From an uncultured Gemmatimonadales bacterium (GTDB lineage Bacteria; Gemmatimonadota; Gemmatimonadetes; Gemmatimonadales; Gemmatimonadaceae), in assembly GCA_963851265.1 (NCBI GenBank), contig CAWKNZ010000002.1, forward strand, positions 1,728,001 to 1,792,000: 64,000 nt of DNA, in the 5' to 3' direction. The position numbers and the translations under genes were made by a program. Positions within the stretch are counted from its first letter, which is position 1. The number at the start of each line of letters is the position of its first letter. Of this stretch, positions 26,199-36,400 are shown piece after piece. Below the pieces are notes generated by a model, which worked only from the letters and a program-made list of their open reading frames with translations, was not told where the DNA came from and ran no database searches.

Positions 26199-26828
26199 CT
26201 ACACGGACGGAAACACGAGCGAGTTCGCAACGCGCTCGGAGCGAACGTGGATCCCGACGCGCGCCCACGTGGCCACGGTGGATTCGGCGAACGCGACCGT
26301 GTCCGCGGCAACGACGGTGAGCGTCGGCGTCGGCTCGGCCACGATCACGCATTCGACCGCGGCGGCCTGCGCCACCGTCGCCGCGGCGAGCAGCCCCGCC
26401 ACCGCGGCACGGACGCCCGTGGCAGGAGCGCCCGTCCGCGCCGGCGCATCCCCGGCAACCACGAGCGACCCGCCGCGCGCGCGCACGCCGGGGCCGAGTA
26501 GGGCGGCAACCTGGTCGGTCACTTCGCGGACGTCGCACGCGCCGGCGAGCGGCGCGCGCGCCAGCGCCATCAGCGGTCGCACCAGCGCGATGACCTCGTC
26601 ATGCGCCGAGGCCGCCGCCGACGCGAACGGCGCGACGCGGCCGGCGTCGGAACCGGCCACCGCTCGCAGCCGCGCGACCTCAAGATTCATGGCGACGGCG
26701 TTCAGCGCGTTGTTCACCTCGTGCGCGGCGCGGTGGACGAGCACCTCGTACGCGCGGTGCCAGCACGCCACCAACTCGGGGTCGGGCGGCGGCGCACTGG
26801 CACTCCCGACGTCGTTGCGCGACGTCAG
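26199..26828 (-). CDS. Histidine-kinase-like protein with H-box and degenerate ATPase domain; start uncertain
   Basis: RAAHEVNNALNAVAMNLE H-box, CDVREV..VAALL; no recognisable N, G1 or G2 boxes. Confidence 0.65.
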   Translation of the reverse strand: MTSRNDVGSASAPPPDPELVACWHRAYEVLVHRAAHEVNNALNAVAMNLEVARLRAVAGSDAGRVAPFASAAASAHDEVIALVRPLMALARAPLAGACDVREVTDQVAALLGPGVRARGGSLVVAGDAPARTGAPATGVRAAVAGLLAAATVAQAAAVECVIVAEPTPTLTVVAADTVAFAESTVATWARVGIHVRSERVANSLVFPSV

Positions 26829-28246
26829 TCGCTCAGGTCCGCGTCGTCCGGCGCGGCCTCGACAGCGGGCCGACCGTCGACCGGCACCTGCCGGTGAAGG
26901 TGCGGCGGCTTCACGAACCGGTCGACGTACCGCTTGGTGTCGCCGACCGCGAGCTGCGTGAAGAGGAAGCCGAATTTCTCGTCGTACATCGCGGCCATCT
27001 CCGCCTTCACCTCGGCCGGAAGGTCCCAGAGGCGGCGCTTGAACGGACCGATCGCCTTCTTCCGCGACTTGTAGTAGAACTGGTCGTCGGTGTCGGTCGG
27101 CTTGCGTTCGTCCTTCGCGTTCACGTCGAGCCACGCGTACATCTCCCGCCGCAGGTCCTCCGGCAGGCGGTCGTACATCATGTTCTGGAAGTTGGTCGCG
27201 AGGTGGATTTCGGCCGTCTCGACCTTCGGGAACTGGTCGAACTCCGCGTCAGGGAGGGTCGACGCGCCGTGCTGTACCGCTCCAGCCATCCCGTACTCGT
27301 CCCGTGCGATCTCGCCAAGGCGGTGCAGCACCTCGAGGTCGAGCTTGACCTCCTTCAGTGAGCCGTCGGGGAGCACCGTGCCGCCGTGCGACGTGCCGCT
27401 CTGCACCGAGATCTTCGCGAGCCCGGCCATCCCGGGCGCCGTCTCGGCCAGCACCTGGTTGAAGCCCTTCATGTAGGCGTGCAGCTCCTCCGGCGTCGAG
27501 TTCTCCGTGCCGACCTCGCCGATCTCGCCGCCCAGGGAGATCGTCACGCCCGGCGGCTGGAGGCCCCGCACGTGCCGCGCGAGCTCGACGGCCGTCTCGT
27601 AGTTCACGCGCTGCTGCTCGTCGAGCGACTGGTACGAGAGGTCGACGAGGGTCGAGGTGTCGATGTCGATGTTGTAGAAGCCGGCGTGCACCGCCTCGGT
27701 GGCGAGTTGCTTGACGCCGTCGACCTCGGTCTTCGGGTCGACCGCGAACTTCTTCGCGTTGACCTGGAAGTGGTCGCCCTGGATGAAGAGCGGCCCGCGG
27801 AACCCCTCGCGCAGCGCGGCGCCGATGAGGACGGACACGTACTCGGCCGGGCGCTGGTCGGTGTAGGCGATCTCGGAGCGGGCGATCTCGAGGATGAACG
27901 CTCCGGCGTTCATCTTCACGGCGGTACGGAAGATGGCGCGCGCGGTGTCGTACGTCGCCACGCGGACGTTGATGGCGGGCACGGTGAAGCCGCGCACCTC
28001 GCCGCGTCCGCGGGCCAGGTACAGGTCGTAGATCGACGCGGGGCGCACGCCCACCGCCTGGCCGATCTCCCAGAGGAGCCAGCGCGCGTACTCGCGCTCC
28101 TGCCCCTCCGAGAACACGGCCGCGCGCACGAGCGCGTCGATGCGGTCGCTCGCGAGTGCCGACTCGTCGGTGACGGTGACGTGCCCGTCGCGGACCGCGA
28201 CGGCGCCCTGCAGGTAGTCCGCCTCGGGGGCGATTTGTGTGGTCAT
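26825..28246 (-). CDS. Class II fructose-bisphosphate aldolase family protein (long form)
   Basis: VPAIN, QGDH, DIDTS, GEIGEVG, GTSHGG, VQHGAS metal-binding motifs; downstream of pgi. Confidence 0.82.
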   Translation of the reverse strand: MTTQIAPEADYLQGAVAVRDGHVTVTDESALASDRIDALVRAAVFSEGQEREYARWLLWEIGQAVGVRPASIYDLYLARGRGEVRGFTVPAINVRVATYDTARAIFRTAVKMNAGAFILEIARSEIAYTDQRPAEYVSVLIGAALREGFRGPLFIQGDHFQVNAKKFAVDPKTEVDGVKQLATEAVHAGFYNIDIDTSTLVDLSYQSLDEQQRVNYETAVELARHVRGLQPPGVTISLGGEIGEVGTENSTPEELHAYMKGFNQVLAETAPGMAGLAKISVQSGTSHGGTVLPDGSLKEVKLDLEVLHRLGEIARDEYGMAGAVQHGASTLPDAEFDQFPKVETAEIHLATNFQNMMYDRLPEDLRREMYAWLDVNAKDERKPTDTDDQFYYKSRKKAIGPFKRRLWDLPAEVKAEMAAMYDEKFGFLFTQLAVGDTKRYVDRFVKPPHLHRQVPVDGRPAVEAAPDDADLSD

Positions 28247-28341
28247 GGCTGAAAAGGGTCGGGGGAGCGCACGGCCGGGCCGAATCCGGAATCTCGGGAC
28301 GCCCCGGCGCGGATGCTAGGCGGGGGCCGGCCGCGACGCGG

Positions 28342-29718
28342 TCAGACGCGACGCTTGGGGTCGGACGCCGGGAGCTGGGCGAACTCCTCGCGCGCCTGCT
28401 CGAATCCCGGCCGTCCGATCATGCCGTAGGTGAAGTGCTTGCCGAGCTCCACGCCCGGCTGATTGAACGCGTCGATGCCGTAGAACTCGCCCGAATACGC
28501 GGTCGCGGCTTCGAGCAGCATGATGAGCCCGCCCACGTGGTGCGCGTCGATGGTGTCGAGCGTGATCGTCATGTTCGGCCGGCCGCGGGCGGCGAGCGCG
28601 CCGGCCGTCGCGCGGCGCTCGACGTCGAGCAGCTCGCCGAGCGTGTGCCCGCCGAGGTAGGCGAGGTCGGGCACGTCCTGGTACAGCGCGGGGATCCGGC
28701 CCCGGTCGGTGCGTCCGTTGACGGCGACGAAGGTCACCGTCTTGTCGGCCGGGCCCTCCATGAACAGCTGCACCTGCGCGTGCTGGTCGGTGGTGCCGAG
28801 CGCGGGCACGGCGGTCGGGCCGACGTGCGTGCCGTCGGGGCGCACCTTGCCTAACGATTCGTCCCACAGCTGGACGAACCACGCGGCCATGTCGCGGAGC
28901 GGGTCGGCGTAGGGCATGAGGACCTGCACCGGCTTGCCGTGGGCGCTCGCGGCGAGGAACTGCAGCGCGGCGTAGACGCCGCCGGGGTTCCGGGCGAGCT
29001 CGGGGGTGTCGCAGCGGGCGCGCATGTCGGCCGCGCCGGCGAGCAGTCCCGCGACGTCGACGCCGAGGAGCGCGGCGGGGAGCAGCCCGACGGGGGTGAG
29101 CACGGAGAACCGCCCCCCGACGTTGGGCGGGATGTCGAGCGCGGTCAGCCCTTCGCTGTTCGCGATCGGCCGGAGCGACCCCTTGGCGGGGTCGGTGATG
29201 AAGACGAGCTGCTCCTTGGCGCGGTCGCCGAGCGCGGCGTCGAGCGCCTCGCGGATGAGGAGGTACTGCGCCATCGTCTCGGCCGTGCCGCCCGACTTGG
29301 AGACCACGAGCACCACGGTGCGCGCGAGGTCGAGGCGCTGGATCGTGGCCGCGATCGTGTCGGGGTCGACGTTGTCGAGCACGTGCAGGCGCGGGTACCC
29401 GTCGCGCTCGGCGTCGGAGAGCGTGTTCCACGCCGGCGGCCGGAGCGCGGTCCGGAGCGCGATCGGGCCCAGCGCCGATCCTCCGATGCCTAACAGCAGG
29501 AGGTCGGTGTAGCGGCCCCGGGCGCGTTCGGCGAAGGCGGTCGTCTGCGCGAGGAGCGCGGTGTCGTCGGGCAGGTCGAGGAACCCCAGCTCGCCGCGGC
29601 CGCGCTTGTCGGCGACGGCGACGTGCGCGACGCGGAAGCGGCCGGTGATCTCCGTCCATTCGGCGTCGGTGACGGCGCCGGGGAGGAACATGTTCGTGTA
29701 GTCGAGCGAGATCGTCAT
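28342..29718 (-). CDS. pgi: Glucose-6-phosphate isomerase
   Basis: GIGGSALG, SKSGGTAET, VGGRFS, QLWDESLGK, DQH, FNQPGVELGK. Confidence 0.94.
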   Translation of the reverse strand: MTISLDYTNMFLPGAVTDAEWTEITGRFRVAHVAVADKRGRGELGFLDLPDDTALLAQTTAFAERARGRYTDLLLLGIGGSALGPIALRTALRPPAWNTLSDAERDGYPRLHVLDNVDPDTIAATIQRLDLARTVVLVVSKSGGTAETMAQYLLIREALDAALGDRAKEQLVFITDPAKGSLRPIANSEGLTALDIPPNVGGRFSVLTPVGLLPAALLGVDVAGLLAGAADMRARCDTPELARNPGGVYAALQFLAASAHGKPVQVLMPYADPLRDMAAWFVQLWDESLGKVRPDGTHVGPTAVPALGTTDQHAQVQLFMEGPADKTVTFVAVNGRTDRGRIPALYQDVPDLAYLGGHTLGELLDVERRATAGALAARGRPNMTITLDTIDAHHVGGLIMLLEAATAYSGEFYGIDAFNQPGVELGKHFTYGMIGRPGFEQAREEFAQLPASDPKRRV

Positions 29719-29752
29719 GGGCCGACTCGGGGGCGTGGGGAGTTGGGGTGCC

Positions 29753-30541
29753 TCACACGTCGACCTCGAGGCCGTCGTACGCCGGGCGCACGTCGGGCGG
29801 CAGGTCGGCCTCGAGACTTGCGTGCGAGGTGTGGTGCGTGAGGTGCGTGAGGTACGTGCGGCCGGCGCCGACGCGCGCGGCCTCGGCGACCGCCTCGTCG
29901 ATGCTCAGGTGCGTGGGGTGCGGCCGGTGCAGAAACAGCCCGTTGATCACGAGCACGCGCACGCCGCGCAGGATCTCGAGCGCCTCGTCGGGGAGTCGCT
30001 TGGCGTCGGTCACGTAGCCTAACGGGCCGATCCGGTAGCCGAAGACGCGCGCGAAGCCGTGGGGGACGGCGAACGGCGTGACCGGGACGCCCGCGACGTC
30101 GCGCGTCACCCCCGCCTCGAGGATCTCGAGGTGCCCCTCGGGCTTGAAGGTGCCCGGGAGCGGCTTCATCGCGTCGTCGAAGATGTACGGAAACTTGCGC
30201 ACGAGCCCCGCCGCCGTCTCGGCAGAGGCGTACGCCGGGACGGCGCGGCCGGTCGCCGCGCTGAACGCGCGAAGGTCGTCGATGCCGTGCGTGTGGTCGG
30301 CGTGGTCGTGCGTGTACAGCACCGCGTCCACCGCGCCGACGTCGGCGTCCACGAGCTGCAGGCGCAGCTCGGGCGGGGTGTCGACGAGGATGCGGCGCCC
30401 CTCGTCGGTCTCGACGAGCGCGCCGACGCGGGTGCGGCGGTCGCGCGACCCCGGCGCGCGCGCCGACCGGCACACCGCGCAGCCGCACCCGATCTGCGGG
30501 ATCCCGAAGCTCGTCCCCGTGCCGAGGAACCGGAGCCGCAC
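29753..30541 (-). CDS. MBL-fold metallohydrolase (PhnP-like)
   Basis: LGTGTSFGIP.IGC.C.VC, THDHADHTHGIDD, YVTD, THLTH, AYDG. Confidence 0.9.
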   Translation of the reverse strand: MRLRFLGTGTSFGIPQIGCGCAVCRSARAPGSRDRRTRVGALVETDEGRRILVDTPPELRLQLVDADVGAVDAVLYTHDHADHTHGIDDLRAFSAATGRAVPAYASAETAAGLVRKFPYIFDDAMKPLPGTFKPEGHLEILEAGVTRDVAGVPVTPFAVPHGFARVFGYRIGPLGYVTDAKRLPDEALEILRGVRVLVINGLFLHRPHPTHLSIDEAVAEAARVGAGRTYLTHLTHHTSHASLEADLPPDVRPAYDGLEVDV

Positions 30542-30561
30542 GCGCCGGGTCGTCCCGGCCG

Positions 30562-32016
30562 TTAGGCGGGCGCGCCGGTCGCGTCGGCCGGCACGGTCTC
30601 GACCTTCAGCGTGTTCGTCGTCCCGGGCGTGTCGAACGGCACGCCCGCGGTGACGACCACGCGGTCGCCCGGGTTGGCGAGCTCGGACGCGACCGCGATC
30701 CCGAGCCCGAGGTCGACCATCGCCTCGTACGTCGTGACGTGCGGTACCACCTGCGGCACCACGCCCCAGACGAGCGCGAGCTGCCGCGCCGTGCGCGGCT
30801 GGTCGGTGAGCGCGAGGATGGGAACCGGCGGCCGGTGCGCCGACACGATGCGCCCCGTGAAGCCGCTCTTCGAGAAGACGATCACGAGCGGCGCGGCGAG
30901 CTGCCGCGCGGCCGCGACGGTCGCGGCCGCGATCGCCTCCTCGGTCGTCACGAACAGCCCGCGCGCGCGGCGCTCGTCGCGCAGTCCGGCGCCGATCACG
31001 GGGTGCGTCTCGATCTCCTGGATGATGCGCCGCATGGCCTGGACGGCGAGCTGCGGGTACGCACCCGCCGCGGTCTCGGCCGAAAGCATGATCGCGTCGG
31101 TGCCGTCGAGGATCGCGTTGGCCACGTCACTCGCCTCGGCGCGCGTGGGGCGCGGGTGCTCGACCATCGACTCGAGCATCTGCGTGGCCGTGATCACCGG
31201 CCGGCCGAGGCGCTGAGCGAGCGCGATGATCTGCTTCTGCGCCAGCGGCACGCGCTCGAAGGGGAGCTCGACCCCGAGGTCGCCGCGGGCGACCATCACC
31301 GAATCGGACGCGCGCAGGATCTCGTCGATGTTGTCGAGCGCCTGGTCCTTCTCGATCTTCGCGCAGATGAGCGTGCCCTTGGGCACCATCGCGCGCAGCT
31401 CCTCGACGTCGGCCGCGCGCCGCACGAAGCTCAGCGCCAGGTACTCGACTTCCTGCTCCACCGCGAACACCACGTCCGCGCGATCCTTCTCGGTGATGGA
31501 CGGCGCCGACACCGACACCCCGGGGAGGTTCATCCCCTTGTTGCTCTTGATCGGTCCGCCGTGCACCACGCGCACGCCGACGCGGCGCCCCTGGACGTCG
31601 ACCACGACGAGCTCGATGAGGCCGTCGTCGACGAGCACGCGGTCGCCGGCACGGACGTCGTTGGCGAGCGCCTCGTAGGTGATCGGGATCTCGTGCCGCG
31701 CGAGGTCGTGCTCCTCACTTTCGGGGACGAGCGTGATGCTCTGCCCGGGCTCGACCTGGATGGCGCTGGCGAGCGCGCCGATGCGGATGCGGGGGCCCTG
31801 GAGGTCGCCGAGGACGGCGACGTGGCGGCCCAACTCCGCGGCAACCTCGCGCACGATGCGGATGCGCTCGGCGTGCTGCTCGTGCGTGCCGTGCGAGAAG
31901 TTGATGCGTGCCACGTTGAGGCCCGCCTCGATGATCCCGCGAATGGATTCGCGCGAGGTGGTGGCGGGGCCGAGCGTACCGACGATCTTGGTGCGCGGTG
32001 TATAGCGAACGGTCAC
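30562..32016 (-). CDS. pyk: Pyruvate kinase
   Basis: RTKIVGTLGP, RINFSHG, DLQGPRIR, AKIE, MVARGDLGVE, ATQMLESM, PTRAE; GTGA overlap with the upstream gene. Confidence 0.95.
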   Translation of the reverse strand: MTVRYTPRTKIVGTLGPATTSRESIRGIIEAGLNVARINFSHGTHEQHAERIRIVREVAAELGRHVAVLGDLQGPRIRIGALASAIQVEPGQSITLVPESEEHDLARHEIPITYEALANDVRAGDRVLVDDGLIELVVVDVQGRRVGVRVVHGGPIKSNKGMNLPGVSVSAPSITEKDRADVVFAVEQEVEYLALSFVRRAADVEELRAMVPKGTLICAKIEKDQALDNIDEILRASDSVMVARGDLGVELPFERVPLAQKQIIALAQRLGRPVITATQMLESMVEHPRPTRAEASDVANAILDGTDAIMLSAETAAGAYPQLAVQAMRRIIQEIETHPVIGAGLRDERRARGLFVTTEEAIAAATVAAARQLAAPLVIVFSKSGFTGRIVSAHRPPVPILALTDQPRTARQLALVWGVVPQVVPHVTTYEAMVDLGLGIAVASELANPGDRVVVTAGVPFDTPGTTNTLKVETVPADATGAPA

Positions 32017-32540
32017 GGCGTCTGGGCGGCTGGGGCGCGCTCTGGATCGCGCGCAGGGGCGACATCGGCGGTCCCGGACAAGGTAACCCGCTCGGGCGCG
32101 GACGCCGCCCCGGCACCGGCCGGCCCCGCGAACGACGCGTCGCGCCCTTCGCGCGCGCGGGACCGCCCGCCGCCCATCCGGCGCCGGCCGAACGCGTACA
32201 GCGCGGCGACGCACGTCGCGGCGGCCCACGCGAGCACCGCCGCGAAGCCGAGTGTCACGACCGCGGCCGCCAAGGTGACGGCGTAGGCACGGGCGCCGTG
32301 CGCACCGGCCAGGCCCGCCACGAGACCGACGACCGACGCAGGCGTGCCACGCAGGGCGGACCAGACGAGCAGCACGCCCCACCCGAACGCGGCGGCGCGT
32401 GCGGCGTCCCGCGGGGGGAGGCCGCGATCGGCGAGGCGCCCGGCGAACGCCCCGACCACCGCGGGCGCGGGCCACCCCACGAGCACGGTCGCGAGCACGA
32501 CGGCCGCCGTCAGCAGCAGGGTGAGCACGGTGCGGCGCAC
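32013..32540 (-). CDS. Hypothetical membrane protein
   Basis: Several hydrophobic segments; fills the gap between the acylase and pyk with tight spacing. Confidence 0.55.
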   Translation of the reverse strand: MRRTVLTLLLTAAVVLATVLVGWPAPAVVGAFAGRLADRGLPPRDAARAAAFGWGVLLVWSALRGTPASVVGLVAGLAGAHGARAYAVTLAAAVVTLGFAAVLAWAAATCVAALYAFGRRRMGGGRSRAREGRDASFAGPAGAGAASAPERVTLSGTADVAPARDPERAPAAQTP

Positions 32541-32543
32541 GGC

Positions 32544-35111
32544 TCAGCGCGGCACGAGCGTGAGCGTGCCCGCGACGTCGCCCGCGGCGAGGGCGGCCGG
32601 CGTGCGCGGAACGAGCAGCGGGTCCAGCGCGCCCGCGAGCCAGCGCGGCAGGCGGTCGCGGTACCCCGGGTCGAGCGGGTTTCCGGTTTGACCGCCCGGG
32701 TAGATGCCCCACGCGCGCACGCTGTCGCCGAGGTCGACGACCATGCGCCAGCTCGGCCCGGCGTTCCCCTCGCCCGTCGACGGCCAGAGCGTGTTGGGCC
32801 CGCTGGGCACGGGGAGGTCGAGCGAGCCGAACGCGGCGACGCGGCCGAGGTGGCGGATGTTGGCGTGGCGCAGGCGACTCCACCTCCAGCCGCCCGCGTC
32901 GGGTGCGCCGTACTTCGCACGGCAGCTGTCGAGCGCGGCGGCCAGGCTCTGCGCGAGCACGTCGTCGCGCGTCTCGCGCGCGGGCGTGGCGCGCTCGTCC
33001 CACCACACGCTCGTGGAATCGGCCAGCAGCTCGGCGAGGACGGCGGACGAGGGCACGACGGCGCGCGGGGGGCGCGTCGTCGGCCGGCCGAACGGGTCGA
33101 TGCCGGCCACCGGGCGCGCGCCGGCCGGGTCGAGTTCGTCCCAGGTGCGCTCGGACAGCTCGCGCATCGCCCATTCGAAGAGCACGGCGCGGTCGTTGTC
33201 GCGCGCGTACCGGCGGTCCCACTGTCCTAACAACCGCCCGGCCTCGGCCAGCGTACGCGGGTCGACGCCGGCCGGCGCGGCGCGGGCCGCGGCGCGAAGG
33301 AAGTACGGCGCGAAGCGGTCGGCGCGCGCGCTGCCCGGATCGCTCTGGAGGCGGCGCATCGCGTCGGGCGTGACCCGCGCGTCGGCGCGCAGCAGGGCGT
33401 TGATGCGGAGCGCGCGCCAGGGGTCGTAGCTGCCGCCCCAGAAGTCGTGGGCGTTAGGCGAGGACGCGGCGCGCGTGTCGACGGGCTGCTGGTTGGCGGA
33501 GGCGAGGTAGCCCTGCGCGGGTGCGAACGCCTGGGGGTAGCGGTCCACCGGCAGGTCGCCGGTCCAGTCGCTCGCGCGCGTGCGGCCGTCGCGGACGACG
33601 TCGCCCGAGCCGTCACCGGGGCGGATGGGATAGCGGCCGGTCGAGCGGATGGCGATCGTGCCGCCGCGGTCGGCGGCGAGCATGTTCTGCGCGGGCGCGC
33701 GGTAGCCGCGCGCCATCGCGTCGAGGAAGCCGCGCGCGGTGGTCGCGTGGGCCGCCTCGCGGAACGCGCCGAGTTCGTCGCCGGGCTCGAGCACGGTCCA
33801 GCGCATCGACAGCCAGCGCGGCGCGGCGCCCGCGCCGTGCGGTGCGCCGGGCTCGCGCCGGAGCGGACCGCGGTGCGTGAAGAGCAGCGTGTCGGCCGCG
33901 ACGAGCGCGCCCGATGCCGTCCGGTACTCCTCGACGCGCCGCTCGAGCGGGACCCACGCGCCGTCCAGGCGGTACCGCGTCGGGCGAACCGTGTCGTCGA
34001 CCTCCTCGGCGTAGAAGTCGACGACGTCGACGCCGGTGTTGGTGAACGTCCACGCGACGTCGCGGTTGAAGCCGATCACGATGCCCGGGATGCCGGGGAT
34101 GGTCACGCCGTAGACGTCGAGCGCTCCGGGCACGACCAGGTGTGCCTCGTACCAGATGCTCGGGAGCGTGAGTTCGAGGTGCGGGTCGCCCGCGAGCAGC
34201 GCGTGGCCCGTCGCGCTGCGCGCGGGGGCCACCGCCCAGTTGTTGCTCGCGAGGTGCGCGCGCTCGTCCGGGGCGAGCGCCGTCGCGCGACCCGCGGCCC
34301 CGCCGAAGAACGCGTCGTACGCCGCCGCCACGCGCATCGCGCCCGAGTCCGGTGCACCGGGCGCGGGGAGCGGCGCGAAGTCGTCGCGCGGCGCGGCCCG
34401 TCCGGTGGGCTGGATCGGCTCGACGATCGGCTCGTGGTCGGGGAAGAGCGCGGCGGCCGCGGCCGCTCCGACGCGCGCGGCCGCGGCGGCGCGGTCGACC
34501 TCGCGCGCCTGGAACGCGAGCGTGTACCCCATCCGGTTCATCACGTGCAGCGCGTCGAGCGCGCGCCACGGCGCCGGGCGCGTGGCGGTGAGGCGGAACT
34601 CGACGGGCAGGTCCGCCGCGCCTAACGCCGCCACGTACGCGTTCACCCCGCCGGCGTACGCGTCCAGCAGCGCGCGCTCGGCCGGCGCCAGCGCGCGCAG
34701 CTTGGCCTCGGCCGCGCGCGGGAGCCCGAGCCGGCGCGTCTCGCGGTCGAGCGGGAGGGCCGCGGGCCCGGCGAACTCGGTGAGTCGCCCGCTCGAGGCG
34801 AGCGCCTGGATCTCGAGCTGGAACAGCCGGTCGCGCGCGACCACGTAGCCTAACGCGCGGTACGCGTCGAGCTCGGTCGCGGCGAACACGTGCGGCACGT
34901 GGCGCCGGTCGTACACGATGCGGACCGGGCCGCCGAGGCCCGCGACCGCGAGCGAGTCGTGCGCGCCGACGGCGGCGGCGGGGCGCGCCGCCCACACGCC
35001 GTGCGCCGGGTCGAGCAGCGGCCCGAGCGCGGGAAGCGGCCCGAGCGGCCGCGACGCGACGAAGCCGCCGGCCCCGAGGAGGAGCGCGGCGGCCAGGGTC
35101 CGGCGGATCAT
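32544..35111 (-). CDS. Penicillin acylase family (Ntn hydrolase), exported
   Basis: GYVVARDRLFQ, ASNNWAV nucleophile, GDPHL, IWYE, AWTFTN, SANQ, PGGQTGNP. Confidence 0.92.
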   Translation of the reverse strand: MIRRTLAAALLLGAGGFVASRPLGPLPALGPLLDPAHGVWAARPAAAVGAHDSLAVAGLGGPVRIVYDRRHVPHVFAATELDAYRALGYVVARDRLFQLEIQALASSGRLTEFAGPAALPLDRETRRLGLPRAAEAKLRALAPAERALLDAYAGGVNAYVAALGAADLPVEFRLTATRPAPWRALDALHVMNRMGYTLAFQAREVDRAAAAARVGAAAAAALFPDHEPIVEPIQPTGRAAPRDDFAPLPAPGAPDSGAMRVAAAYDAFFGGAAGRATALAPDERAHLASNNWAVAPARSATGHALLAGDPHLELTLPSIWYEAHLVVPGALDVYGVTIPGIPGIVIGFNRDVAWTFTNTGVDVVDFYAEEVDDTVRPTRYRLDGAWVPLERRVEEYRTASGALVAADTLLFTHRGPLRREPGAPHGAGAAPRWLSMRWTVLEPGDELGAFREAAHATTARGFLDAMARGYRAPAQNMLAADRGGTIAIRSTGRYPIRPGDGSGDVVRDGRTRASDWTGDLPVDRYPQAFAPAQGYLASANQQPVDTRAASSPNAHDFWGGSYDPWRALRINALLRADARVTPDAMRRLQSDPGSARADRFAPYFLRAAARAAPAGVDPRTLAEAGRLLGQWDRRYARDNDRAVLFEWAMRELSERTWDELDPAGARPVAGIDPFGRPTTRPPRAVVPSSAVLAELLADSTSVWWDERATPARETRDDVLAQSLAAALDSCRAKYGAPDAGGWRWSRLRHANIRHLGRVAAFGSLDLPVPSGPNTLWPSTGEGNAGPSWRMVVDLGDSVRAWGIYPGGQTGNPLDPGYRDRLPRWLAGALDPLLVPRTPAALAAGDVAGTLTLVPR

Positions 35112-35160
35112 CGCGCGCTCACCGCGCGCCGGCCGCCGTCATCGCTCGCTCAGCACGCGG

Positions 35161-36291
35161 TCACTGCGCCGCGGCCAGCTCACCCATCTTCTTCTCGATC
35201 CCGCCGAGCAGGCCGTCGAACGACTTCTGGAAGCTCGCGATGCCCTCGAGGAGGAGCTTGTCGGTGACCTCGGTGAGGTTGATGCCGAGCGCGGCGAGGT
35301 CGGCGATGTCGCGCTCCGCCTGATCGACGTGCTGGGTGACCGTGACGGCGGCGTCGCCGTGGTCACGGAAGGCGTCGATCGTGGCCGGCGGGAGGGTGTT
35401 CACCGTGTTGGGCCCGATGAGCTGCTCGACGTACAGGACGTCGCGGTACGCCGGGTTTTTCGTGCCCGTGCTCGCCCACAGCGGGCGCTGCACCGCCGCG
35501 CCCTTCGCGGCGAGCGCCTCCCACCGCGCGCCCGAGAACTTCTCCTGGAACAGCCGGTAGGCGAGCTTCGCGTTGGCGATCGCCGCCTTGCCCCGCAGCG
35601 CGAGCGCGTGCGGGCGCCGGTCCTCGGGGAGCGTGGCGGCGAGCGCGTCGAGGCGCTTGTCGACCTCGGTGTCGACGCGGCTGACGAAGAAGCTCGCGAC
35701 ACCGCCGATGTGATCCACGGGCTGGCCGGCGGCGACGCGCTCGTCGAGGGCGTCGAGGTACGCGTCGATCACGCGGCGGTACGCGTCCAGGCTGAAGAGC
35801 AGCGTGACGTTGACGTTGATGCCCTCGGCGAGGAGCGAGCGCACGGCGCGCGCGCCGCTCTCGGTGCCCGGGACCTTGATCATCACGTTCGGGTGCCCGA
35901 CGTGCTCCCAAAGGCGGCGCCCTTCCTCGATGGTCGCGTCCGGGTCGTTGGCGACGCCGGGCGAGACCTCGATCGACACGTAGCCGTCCTTGCCGCCGGT
36001 CGCGTCGTACACCGGGCGGAAGATCTCGCACGCGCGCTTCACGTCCTCGACCTCGATCGTCTCGAACAGCTGCCACGGCGTGAGGCCGTGTTTGGCGGCG
36101 TGGAGCGACTCGTCGTACGCCTCGCCCTCCGAGAGCGCCTTCTCGAAGATCGTCGGGTTGGACGTCATTCCCGTGAGCGCGTCGTTCGCGATGCGCGCCT
36201 CGAGCGACCCGTCGCGCAGGATCCGGCGGTCGATGAAGTCGAGCCAGACGGACTGCCCGGCGGCGTGGAGTTGCTGGAGGCGGTTCGGCAT
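35161..36291 (-). CDS. tal: Transaldolase
   Basis: QSVWLD, TSNPTIF, VSIEVSP, MIKVPGT, NVTLLFS, ASFFVSRVD, LWASTGTKNP. Confidence 0.94.
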   Translation of the reverse strand: MPNRLQQLHAAGQSVWLDFIDRRILRDGSLEARIANDALTGMTSNPTIFEKALSEGEAYDESLHAAKHGLTPWQLFETIEVEDVKRACEIFRPVYDATGGKDGYVSIEVSPGVANDPDATIEEGRRLWEHVGHPNVMIKVPGTESGARAVRSLLAEGINVNVTLLFSLDAYRRVIDAYLDALDERVAAGQPVDHIGGVASFFVSRVDTEVDKRLDALAATLPEDRRPHALALRGKAAIANAKLAYRLFQEKFSGARWEALAAKGAAVQRPLWASTGTKNPAYRDVLYVEQLIGPNTVNTLPPATIDAFRDHGDAAVTVTQHVDQAERDIADLAALGINLTEVTDKLLLEGIASFQKSFDGLLGGIEKKMGELAAAQ

Positions 36292-36400
36292 ATGGCGAGT
36301 CCCGGTACGGGTGGACGTTCGAACAGACCTGAGGGGAAAGCTATCGGACGCCGGGTGGTCCCGAGCGCGGCTCGCGACCACCCGGCGTTCCCGGCCGGCG

